A stretch of DNA of 40,089 bases from Rotaria socialis (lineage: Eukaryota): contig CAJNYD010000141.1 in NCBI GenBank assembly GCA_905331295.1, positions 1-40,089 on the forward strand, in the 5' to 3' direction. Shown piece after piece: positions 26,108 to 37,103 of the stretch (positions are counted from its first letter, which is position 1; each line of letters begins with the position of its first letter). The position numbers and the translations under genes are program-made. Below the pieces are notes generated by a model. That model worked only from the letters and a program-made list of their open reading frames with translations. It had not been told where the DNA came from and did not search any database.

Positions 26108-27446
26108 ATGGGTCCAGCCAATAGTGTGAAACGAAGTCAAACGGAGATTCAGTCGTTTCTTGAAAAAGAAAAGGAAAAGTTCGTTGCCAAACTTGACAGT
26201 CCTCTACGACAAAATGCTAGTCTAAGTGATTTTGAACTTGTACGTACGATCGGTACGGGATCGTTTGGTAAATAATGAAAAACTCAATATACATTATCTA
26301 ACTTGTTTTTCTTCGAAGGTCGAGTAATTCTGGTTAAGCATCGGACTGATTCTGAAAATGAAAGAATTGCTTTGAAAGTTCTCGAAAAACAAGTTATTAT
26401 TAAAATGAAGCAAATCGATCATACATTAGCAGAAAAAAAGATTCTTCAAGCATTATCAAGCCCATTTATTGTTAAACTGTTATACACGTTTAAGGATAAT
26501 TCCTATCTATATCTTGGCCTGGAATTTGTACCTGGAGGTGAACTTTTTGCACATTTACGTGCTCTTGGCCGTTATTCAGAAGACATGGCTAGATTCTATA
26601 GTGCACAAATCGTACTTGCTTTCGAATATCTTCATCATTTAAGTGTTGTACGTTATTTGAGATATTGTTTTTATTTTTATTTTGTCATAATAATAAATGC
26701 TTTTTCTACTTTTTCATTGTATTTAGATTTATAGAGATCTGAAACCGGAAAATTTACTTTTTGGATCTGATGGTTATTTGAAAATAGTAAAAAGCTAATA
26801 TAGAAATAAATTTTATTGATTTTTTTTTTCTTAAATTTTTAGACAGATTTCGGTTTTGCAAAACGTGTGAAAGACCGTACATACACATTATGTGGAACAC
26901 CTGGTAACGTTTATCTAATAGCCCGAATTTCAATACATTGAAACAGTTACTTTTAGAATATCTTGCCCCGGAAATAATTCTCAGTCGTGGCTATAATAAA
27001 GGTGTCGACTACTGGGCATTAGGTGTATTATTGGTAAAGTGGATGTTAAATTTATTTTTTTCTTTTTCTTTAAATCTATTTCTCTTTAGTACGAAATGAC
27101 TGCTGGTTATCCACCGTTTTTTGCCGATCAGCCTATACAAATCTATGAAAAAATTGTGTCCGGTCGCGTGCGTTTTCCAGCTCAATTCACAGTTGACCTG
27201 AAAGATTTACTTAAAAACTTACTACAAGTTGATTTAACACGTCGCTATGGCAATTTGAAATCTGGTGTTAAAGATATTAAAGAACATCGATGGTATAAAG
27301 ATGTTGACTTCATCGCTGTTTATGAAAAAAGTGTTGAAGCACCATTTATACCAAAAACTGATAAAGACAACTACGACATATATGACGAACAGCCGTTACA
27401 AGTCGGCACGGTTGATCGGTATCCCAAAGAGTTTATGGAATTTTAG
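26108..27446 (+). CDS. PRKACA: cAMP-dependent protein kinase catalytic subunit (PKA-C); exons 26108-26267, 26319-26647, 26727-26786, 26843-26903, 26957-27033, 27090-27446
   Basis: [76 protein letters not shown], terminal FMEF hydrophobic motif. An in-frame TGA lies immediately before the ATG. Confidence 0.95.
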
Positions 27447-28939
27447 AACGCATATTAGCTCAAACGGAAAAGGCGTCTGTTTTTGCTCTATATATTTTTT
27501 TCATGTAGAGAATATCTTTGCTTCTTTCACCCGTGATATATATATATATATTTTTTTTTTGTTTTGAAAATATATGAAAAATAGACAGGAACTGTCACTA
27601 GAATTAATGACAGAAATCTCGAATTGTTTATAGAAAATCTGTACGAAATAAGATTCAAATAAACTGAAAACAGATGTTTAAATGAATCAGACACGTTCTA
27701 TCAACAGTTTTGAAAATGCTAACATACTTCCGTTTGATAGAATTCTACGAAAAATCGATGATATTTATAATAACATGAACAGTGTATTCTAGAATACATC
27801 TCAAAGTCATAAAAGCATAAATACAAGACTATTTATCATTTCTGTTGAAACGACAACTTTTCAATTACATACAATAAAGTCAATTCTCTACGACTCAAAA
27901 GGTAGATAAAGTCGCCAGAGCACTATGATGTTTTTTAAATTGCTCAAATCCTATTTGACTTCTTGTAAGGTTAGGTCCCGTTTCGTCGAAAAACAAATTC
28001 TAATTAATCACTTGATGAAATTTTTTCGTCATACTAATCATAAATAGTGCCCAATTACTTGCAAGTAAATTTGTCAACAAAAAAATTATTATAGAGCAGA
28101 TTTAGATACATAAATAAGAATTTATTAAGAGAAAATATGAATAGAGAAAACAAAAAAAATTAAAATTTTATCTTGTGTGTAGCGAAAAGTATCAAGTATT
28201 AAAGTTGGCTTATTACGTTTACTTTCAACAATAGACAGCATCCTTTTGCGTAATAATGAATGAATATAGCAAAATAAATGAATTTTCTCTTTTTACTCCA
28301 CGTATATATATTTTTTCAAAATTACAGATTACTAGTATAGGAATATCAATTAGTTTATGTTTAAGTAAATAGTTTAGATCAATCAAAGAAATCGAGCTCA
28401 TCACTCTGTTTATATTCTTTTTCATTCCAATTTATTTTTCGACGAAGCGGGAATCTATCTTTTTGTAACTCTTTACTACTTTCATTAATCACTCGCGTGC
28501 CTATTTAGAGGCCAATTACAACTCGATAAACAATTACGAATAAAGTTAATTAATGTATTGTGAATATCATTACGTAAGGAGTTCAAAGTACATTTACTAA
28601 CGGTACCGTCTCTTCAGAAGTCATATGCTGCTTGAAAAATATCGATGATGATTTGGCAATACGTGTGTCAAAAACATACGCATTGTATAAACATTATTTT
28701 TCTCAGTATCTATTTGTTCTATTATTCCAATATCATAGATATTAGTTTTTTTTTGTCCATTAAATATTATCATGAAGGAAAAAGACATTATAACTTCTAT
28801 TGCTATTATCCCGTGTACTTTTCTGCCATAAGCGAAATCGAATATAGAAAGGCTGTTCTTGTAACAGTTAGATACGATAGGCATTTTTTCAATTTCATCC
28901 AGACAAAGAGAGACTCATCATTGTCAGTTTTCTTTTCTT

Positions 28940-29983
28940 TTATGTTTGTTGTTTCCAAACATGAACAGTTTTATCATAAAAACTACAAGAAGCAATTAAA
29001 CTTTCTGATAAAATCTTTTTATCATATGTTGTAGTAGCTTGTTGATTCATACAATCATCCATTAATTCAGTTAATTGATTTATTGAATCATTGTATTGCC
29101 AATCGCACCCATAAGCTAAGGATCCATGTTCTTTATAATTGCATAAAATTGCGGACGATTTTAAATCGACAATAACAAAACCATTTTGCATACAAGCACA
29201 TAGAAGTATATTTTGATTCGAAGGATGTGGCTTAATTTTCCATACACCACCACCTAATTTTATTTCTTTTAATGGTTGATTCATTTGACGTTTATCCCAT
29301 TGTCTTAAATATTCATCAAATGAGCCTGTTAAAAATTCAAATTGATTAAAATCATTCGATAATATTGAACATATGCCCATTGTATGTTTTCGATTGACAT
29401 GTACGGGCTGTTTATAATCTCTAATATCCCAAATTTTCAATAGTGTATCATCAGCACCGGAATATATTATATTCGTATCGTGTTTATCCCATGCACTTGT
29501 CCAACATTCATATTCATGTGCTAACCATGATTGAGTAAAACGTAGACCATTCGAATTGTCTAATTCACATAATGTTAAATAACCTTGTTGATCACTGATG
29601 ATAACGTAGTTATTCGTTGAATATAACCATGAATGTGACAACGCTATGGTTTGATCATTGGTTACGTTTTCACATAGGACTGGTTTGCTAAAATCATTCA
29701 ATGAATATAACGATAATTGCCCGAGTGCAGAGACAGTCGAAAGAAGAGTTAGATCTGATGAGCATTTTATCCATTTTAAATCAAGTATTCCATCGGTTAA
29801 TTGATGTTGAATTGTATCGATTGCTTTTGTCGATGAATTATATTGAAATAAATATATAGAACCTTGTCTTGTACTAGTTTCTGGATTATATAGATAGGTA
29901 CCACAAGCAAATACATCTTGACGTATAGGACACCATTCTATACTATCAGGTGGACAATCAGTTATGAAATTAGCTTGTAACAT
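28940..29983 (-). CDS. DPH7: Diphthine methyl ester hydrolase DPH7/WDR85 (WD40), intronless
   Basis: DSIEWCP, FACGTY, GILDLKW, AHEYECW, YSGADD, TGSFDEYLRQWDKR, LGGGVWKIK, HGSLAYGCDW, SCSFYDK. Likely ATG at 29983, preceded by a TTTCTAG acceptor. Confidence 0.92.
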   Translation of the reverse strand: MLQANFITDCPPDSIEWCPIRQDVFACGTYLYNPETSTRQGSIYLFQYNSSTKAIDTIQHQLTDGILDLKWIKCSSDLTLLSTVSALGQLSLYSLNDFSKPVLCENVTNDQTIALSHSWLYSTNNYVIISDQQGYLTLCELDNSNGLRFTQSWLAHEYECWTSAWDKHDTNIIYSGADDTLLKIWDIRDYKQPVHVNRKHTMGICSILSNDFNQFEFLTGSFDEYLRQWDKRQMNQPLKEIKLGGGVWKIKPHPSNQNILLCACMQNGFVIVDLKSSAILCNYKEHGSLAYGCDWQYNDSINQLTELMDDCMNQQATTTYDKKILSESLIASCSFYDKTVHVWKQQT

Positions 29984-30225
29984 TTTTTCTAGAAACACAC
30001 AAAAATTAAAACAAGCTGCTAACAATATTTCTTTGACTCAATCTTCCAGAACTCACTCCAATAATGAAGTAGGTCCTATATTAAAATATAGGATATAACC
30101 ATCTTTGATAGTATAATAACGTTTTTCATGACCTGTAGGGATGCACATTTCTAACATGTATACTTTAAAGACCCTGTTGAGATGATATTTTCTAAGGAAA
30201 TCGATATTATTTGTAAAAGATTCAT

Positions 30226-31396
30226 TTATTTGAAAGGTTTACGAAGTATAATAAGCCAAGAAACAAGAAAATAAAATAGAAATATTGGATAGAGTGCAAG
30301 CATACGACGACTTGGTTGCTGAGTTTGACCAAGAAAACGAATACTTGCATACATTGTCCAGGCAAATGCAGTCATTACTATTAAAAATCTTATTATATGT
30401 AACATGGATCTGTATGGAAGGTATAGAAGAAGATTATTCGAAAATGCAGCTATCAATAATGGTAATAGGCAATAGCCAAGCACACAAACTGATTGAAAGA
30501 AGGAAATTTTGCCGCCAAGTAGTTGTGAATTGATCTAAAATATGGTTTAGATTATAAAAGTCGGTTATTTATTAGACTGTCAAATGCAATTCTCTCTCAA
30601 TTAATAGTTATTTCATATGAGCAGTGACGAATTCAAAGGAAGGATTCTGAGAATTGCTCCCCACCCCTAGAAAAAAATTGCTGATATTAATTTTTTTATT
30701 AATAACAGAGAAAGATTATTTGAATGCCTACTTATCTGTGAACTAACATTTTTGTAGCTCAATTAGTATACACTTTTTTTTTGTACCGACTACTTGTGCG
30801 TCTACCACAACCAAAAAAATCTCATTAAATAAGATACAAAAACCTGGTTGTGTCACTGCATATGAGATTAGCAAAATGCATTGGTTTTTATTTGAAGATT
30901 ATTTCTGTTTACTCATAGAATTTCAATACGTTATCAATCAACTGGTCAACAGAATCTAATAATAATAATAATAATAATAAAATAATGATCAATATATACC
31001 GATATCATAACTGATCCGATGAGCACCAGTGTAAAAATTTCAGCAAATTGCATGCCGCTACTTGCTGTTGTAGTATCACTTTGAAGAAGAATGGCTAATA
31101 CTGTTACTAAGATCAATGGCCCCCATAAGTCCCACTGTTGTAGAAGTGTCGACGATTGTCGTGGAATAAGTGCATGACCAAATTTTCGCAAAACAGCTTT
31201 TAGGTCACCTTTGAAATGAAATAAAAGTTCATTTTCCCATTTATCCTTGCATGGAAAAATACGAACGTTTCACAGTTTCTATTATCGGCTCGTCGAGTGT
31301 TGATAATTCATTTTGATTTGACGCTGATGTTATATTACCTTCGATTATCTCAATTGGTTTCGAAGTTGATAGAAAAAAACTTTGATCGTCGCTCAT
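30226..31396 (-). CDS. YIPF6: Yip1-domain protein, YIPF6 subfamily (215 aa); exons 31396-31267, 31208-31000, 30534-30226
   Basis: [71 protein letters not shown]. Confidence 0.93.
30958..30980. repeat. (AAT)n microsatellite in a YIPF6 intron
   Basis: Run of AATAATAAT... Confidence 0.85.
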
Positions 31397-31833
31397 GATT
31401 TTGAAACTCGAAACGTACTCGTAAAAGAAAATAATAATAAATTGTTACGCCGCATCATCATCATCTATGCGTCGTATTGTGCGTTCATTGGTTAAAAATT
31501 TATACCAATGAAAAAAATAAATAAAGTCAGTTATCTTTTTGTTCTCATCTTATCATTTATACATTTTTGAAAAGTACATACAAACAAATCGGTACATAAC
31601 TATTTGTACAGTGAAAAAATGTTGTTTCTTTTGCGCATGCGATATTCAAGATAAAGTTCGACTTTGAAATAGTATTTTAAGCAGTATTTTTAATAGAATT
31701 TCGAGGCACAGTGTACGCGTACACCCAACTAAGCCAAACATTTTATTTTTAGAGTGTACTTCATAGGAAAACAAAGTATATTCTCAAAAAACACAGATTG
31801 TACGTACACTTTGCTCTGCTGAGGTACACTAAT

Positions 31834-31866
31834 CACTAAAAACACTGATTTTCAGTGTTTTGAGTG
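31834..31866. mobile_element. 33-bp CACT...AGTG fold-back with 3-bp flanking duplication (CACTA/EnSpm-like micro-element)
   Basis: CACTAAAAACACTGA-TTT-TCAGTGTTTTGAGTG has 14/15 matching arms, with AAT on both sides (31831-31833, 31867-31869). Confidence 0.5.
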
Positions 31867-31920
31867 AATGCGCAATAGAATAAAAACAGCTACTTTTTTA
31901 TGCGAGATTTTTCGTTTTAG

Positions 31921-34900
31921 ATGACAAGTATTTGGTATAAAATCATATTTTCCTTAATCTATTCTTCTAATATTGTATCATGTTTATTAAATAATTCAAT
32001 ATTTCTTAATTTTGTTCATGACAATGTTCATAATTATTCGACAGTAAATCAATTATATCGGAATATTTTACAAGATGTTAAAAACCATCGATCTGTTGAT
32101 ACAGTTTATTCACCAATCAATGTAACAAAAATTCGAACAAACGATTATGACGAAGACTATTTAAGAAATTCAGTAGGATGTCTTAGTTGTTTTTTTTTCC
32201 GTAGAAATCTCATGTGAAATTTTAGTGTTATGAGTCAGGAGCTGATTTACTGTATGCTCATGGTTTTAACAAAAGCAATGCTAAATTATCTATTCATGAT
32301 GTTCAATCTCTTCTGCCGGCTATTCTATACAGTATTGAAAATCCAGGATGTGAAAGAAAATCTCTTCAATCAAAATCAAATTCATTTTTTGATGGTAAAA
32401 TTCTCACAATTTAAAGTTTTATTTTATTTTGTTTGCGTGGAGAGAACTTATTGAATTTTTTAACACTAGATTTATTTTTAAATCGTGAATTTCTTAAAAC
32501 ATATGTATGTTTTTTGTTCTGTGCAACTGTATAAATGCTTTTTCTTGTTGTGCAGCATAAAATTGATTAGAAGAAAGTAGCTTGTAAATTGCTTTTTTTC
32601 TCATTAATTTTGTGTCGTGAAACAGAAAAAGGAATTGACATATTTTCACAGAACAAAGGAACCTATTAGAATTGCGGTTGCATGAAAAATGAGTGTCGTT
32701 TATGGTGAAATTTGCAATGCAAGATTTCTTGCTAAGCCTATTTTTAAAAATTAGATACACACAATTTGTTTACTTATACATAGGAAAACAATTTTTTTAG
32801 TATTTTAAATAATTTTAGTATGGATATTGGGTTTAATACTTGTTATAAGCATCAAGTTAATTCATATATTCATATTTTTTATTGCTGGTGATCATTGTTT
32901 ATCGTTAACATCCGTGGGAGTATCAAAGAGCATATATGATGCACACGATACAGGAGATGCAGCAACTAATGTTCGTCATCCATCATTAAAATATCGTCTC
33001 TGGTTAGGTCTTGGTTTTAATGCATTTACATGTGGTATTATGCTTGGAACAATTATTTATCATTTAATTCCGCATGTATAGAAAAAAAACGAATATTGAT
33101 TCAGATTGAAAATAATTCTTTTTGTTTTGTTTTGTCAAACTTAAGATTTATGAAATACCAAATGAAGATTTTGACTATACTTATCTTCTTCGAGCGACTG
33201 TGGTATTTTTTGGTGTTTATCTGTTTTTTATTGTCGAAAAACTACTTCGATTTCGATTTAAAATCGACGAAGTAAATATTTTGAAATTGATTTTTTATTT
33301 TCTTTACATTTGAAGTCTGTTAGATAAACTCGAATGAAACAGCTGATGATGCAAGTGAATTACGAAAATTATCGGATGCATCAATGATTCAAATGGCTAG
33401 AATGCATGGAACATTACATGCTACTGAAGAAGTATGTTTCTGCGTTGTTGTTTTTGTTTTTGCGTTGAATAAGAATAATCAATTTGTTTAGAATGGTCAG
33501 CCTCGTAGACATTCGAGTGCACCGGCAAGAATACCAGTAAGTTAAAATAGGAATGATTATATGACGAGGCTTTCACCTCATTTTTTCATATGACTGATTG
33601 AACTAAATATTTTCTCATGAGCAATTCGACTAAGATAGAATGCTTGATGTAGTTTTCTTTTGTAAATAGAGGATAGAAGTGCCAGTTAATCGTCTCGAAG
33701 ATTATCATGCTCGTCATAGAATTTTGATAATGAGTGAACTAAGTTTTTTTTTTCTATAATGAATTTAGAAATGTTTGAAACATTTTTAAGATTCATATAC
33801 AGTATTGGATTTCACTTTCTTTGTTTTTCTAAATACTTCCGAAGAAAGACTCAGTAATCAATTTGATACACAGTTAGTCAGATAAAATAGAATTAAAAGT
33901 GTTTCCGTGCATTAGTAATATTCAAATCCATTATGCTCTAGAGGTTAGATGATTCGGAAATCTGTAAGAACCTCACAATATACATGTGTCAATGTCGATT
34001 CCAAAGTTCAATCTTGAAACTCTCACGTGAATGCTTTGTAGATGTAATAAGTGGATGAGATATTGAATAGAAGCTTCTTTCTATTTAGAGTTGCAGAAGC
34101 TCATTATACTAATGACATGTTTTGTTTAAAGTACTCGAAGTTAACTAAAATTGACTTGCTTTTCAGATTTCAGATAGATACAGGTGAAAGTTTTCTCTAT
34201 AATTTAATAACGTAAAAAAAAACATTTTGAGATTATAGCGGAATTTTCTTCTACTGTTTCCTCTTTATTATTTCTTCTATTGACGCTTACTTTCCCGACT
34301 AATTTTTAGAAAAAGTCAAAAGGAATTTCATGGTATTAAATAACTCACATGTCAGAGTGTGCGCTGTTCTCGTTGACTCATGAAAAATTATATTATATTT
34401 CACCGTGATTAGAACGGATTGTTCAAATCGTAGGATTTCACTGGCAGCAAATGTATTTATTTTCCTCTTAGCTAAATCCTGACAGTGATGATGATGAAAT
34501 CAATTCACAATCAAATCAAACTCCTCTTAATAATAATAATAATAATAAGTCGGCATCTCATCATCATCATCATCATTCCGAAAATGAACTCCCTCATCAA
34601 ACACGCAATCTCATAGTATATCACATAATCAACGATTTTTCCAATGATGTCATCTACGGATGTGTTTTATCAACAGCCTTAGCACATGATCGTCTCATTG
34701 GATTGGTCTTGTCTCTTATGGTTTTCAGCGAAGGATTTCGACGTCATTCACGTAAGACACAAAAATAAATTGAATTATTTCATTACGCACATTAAAACTT
34801 ATTTAGAGGCTATTTCATCAATGGGCCGAAAACGTGGTCTTTTTTTTCTTCTTATTTCAATATTTTTTCTTCTACTCGGCTATTTAATTGGTGGCATTCT

Positions 34901-36925
34901 TGTGGAATTTAATCAAAGATTTGATAATAATCTACGTTATATTCGTACGGAATATATTTATTCAATTGTATATGGTGCACTCTTTTACACAGCTCTTGTA
35001 ACCTTGGTAAGATATTTTCATAGGAATATTTGAACTTTTTATTACGTGCATGATATATTTGTTTAGTTAAAAGAGCCCAAAAATCACTGTCATATGTAGA
35101 TTTAATAAGAAGAGAATCTATCCGAAAGTCAATTGATTTTCTTCTTAGTTTTGATTAGCATAGACCCTTTTTCTATGTATTATATGAGCAGTGAGAAATG
35201 TGACGCATCAAATGAAATATTAAATGCCTTAAGCGATAAATAAATCTTCAAAATTATAAGACATGCTAGAAAAAAATGGATATTCGTCATTTTCGCTTTA
35301 ATGAACAGTGTTTTATTATTAGTGGAGTGGGACAATGTTTCGTTCTAAACCATCATTTTTCTCTGTCATCTGGTTTGATACGTCAGATGGGAAAACCTCT
35401 CGGTCTGTTTTATGTTTCTCTGTTTATTTATGCATTTCATTAGTCAATCGTTTTTTTTTGCGTCGAAATAAAGAATAAATTCACGAGAATACTCTTTGAT
35501 ATATTCCATCTTAGACAGATGTTTTTTTTTCGAATGGCAACATTAGGCTTTGTGTTACTATTATTATTAATAGGGAATATATTGATAGTTTTATATAATA
35601 TACATATATATATATATATATATTGTCGAAATATTTTGATCGAGGCTCAGCACGGTTCGGGTCAACTATGTAGAATTGTTTCCGCTTGTTTTGTTATCGT
35701 TTATTAAATAAATTATTGTAATTATAAACGGTCAAGTACTCACTTTTTAGATTGTTGAACAACCCTTATCACGTATGCACGGACTTTAATCAAACATGGT
35801 CGTAATATTACATCGACCAAATGTCAATTTTCAGCTATTTATGACCATATAAAATACTTTTTCTTGGTTGTTTGACTGACTGTAATTGCCCTCATGGGGT
35901 GCCTAAAAATTTCTTTTATTATAACTCAAATGTGAGCATACAATGTCATAGAAAACGCTCGAAATTGTATTATTTAATCAAGACAGCCATATTATAAGAT
36001 GCAATAAATTTTTTATTTCATTGGAAAAAATAATTTTATTAAAGCAAACTAGTAAATAGAAAACAGAACTAAGTTATCTTGATACACTATATACATAAAT
36101 GATGATAGTATCCCAGTATCATGTTACATGATCAAAACAATAATGAATAACCGTTTTTTGGAAGTATAGATTTGTTTCTACTATTTAAAGGATGTATTTC
36201 AGATAAAGATAAGAACTAATAAATATAGTGTTGAAAGCTGATGTAGAACTTCTAACATCTATGAGATTTTCTTATCAGCAGTAGATACCAAACTGTGAAA
36301 GAACACAATATAAAGGCTGCCAGACACTGATTTTCATCTTATGTTGAACTGTGGTTCATAATAGCATAGGACTTACGGTAGAGGAGTCGTAGAACAATTC
36401 TAATGATGTAATTATGACTGAGGAATGGGTTGATTTTTCTTTTACAGAATCTGATTCTGAGCGTTTTAATTAGTAGCAAAAAATCCAACTAATTCCAATG
36501 TTAACCCCTATAGGCACACTTTGCAATAGAATAGAACGCCCATTTTAAGAAATAAAATTTTGTCTGTTGTCATAGAATCAAAACAACAAAAACTTTACCC
36601 ATAAATTTCAACAATTCTGAATGTTTTTTGCGTGCTGCAACGTGGCTGGCTTAAAATATTTTTTATTTTTTTCTTATTATTTAAGATTCCGGAGCTGAAT
36701 GATTTTGGTCACCATTTACAAATAATTCTCAAACAAACAAATCAAACATCAAAACAACGGCGTTTAATAAAAACACTTATTCTCATATGTCAAAATCTTT
36801 TTCTTATTATCGGTGTTATAATTGCCTTAGTCTTAGCATCAGTTTGGCGTTATTATCATCGTATACGCATTTATGATTATGTCTGTAATCGAGATTCGTC
36901 TCGAGCATTTTGCCATCATCAGTAA
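31921..36925 (+). CDS. Divergent LIV-1/ZIP (SLC39A) family protein lacking canonical metal ligands; exons 31921-32172, 32226-32394, 32819-33075, 33146-33271, 33324-33431, 33492-33536, (33670-33733 uncertain), 34472-34751, 34807-35006, 36686-36925
   Basis: Signal peptide, PAL-type motif LLPAILY...C, HLIPH, GVYLFFIVEKLLR, His6 loop, GALFYTALVTLIPEL, LILICQNL. Confidence 0.82.
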
Positions 36926-37103
36926 AGTGTAAACGGAAAGAAAAATGAATAATTTCAAATATTATTTTCATTGACTTTTGTGATAAAAATATTTCAGTTC
37001 GATTATCAGTTAGAAAATAAATGCCATTAGTTTATCTTTTCTTTTGAAATTTCATTATTTTTATTCTTAGTTTAGCAAAAACACTTCCGTCTTTTTTTAG
37101 ATA

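Noticed and set aside
28225..29034. ORFs 28225-28425, 28621-28884, 28645-29034
   Set aside because: Low-complexity AT-driven frames between convergent genes, with no splice or domain support
28940..29983. HGT or retrocopy origin of the intronless DPH7 (and YIPF5)
   Set aside because: Both are universal eukaryotic genes with host-like composition and no polyA tail or TSD. Lack of introns alone is not evidence.
35007..36685. Nested gene or defined transposon in the long ZIP intron
   Set aside because: The 62-aa ORF runs through a (TA)n repeat, and the inverted matches found were 7 bp or poorly aligned
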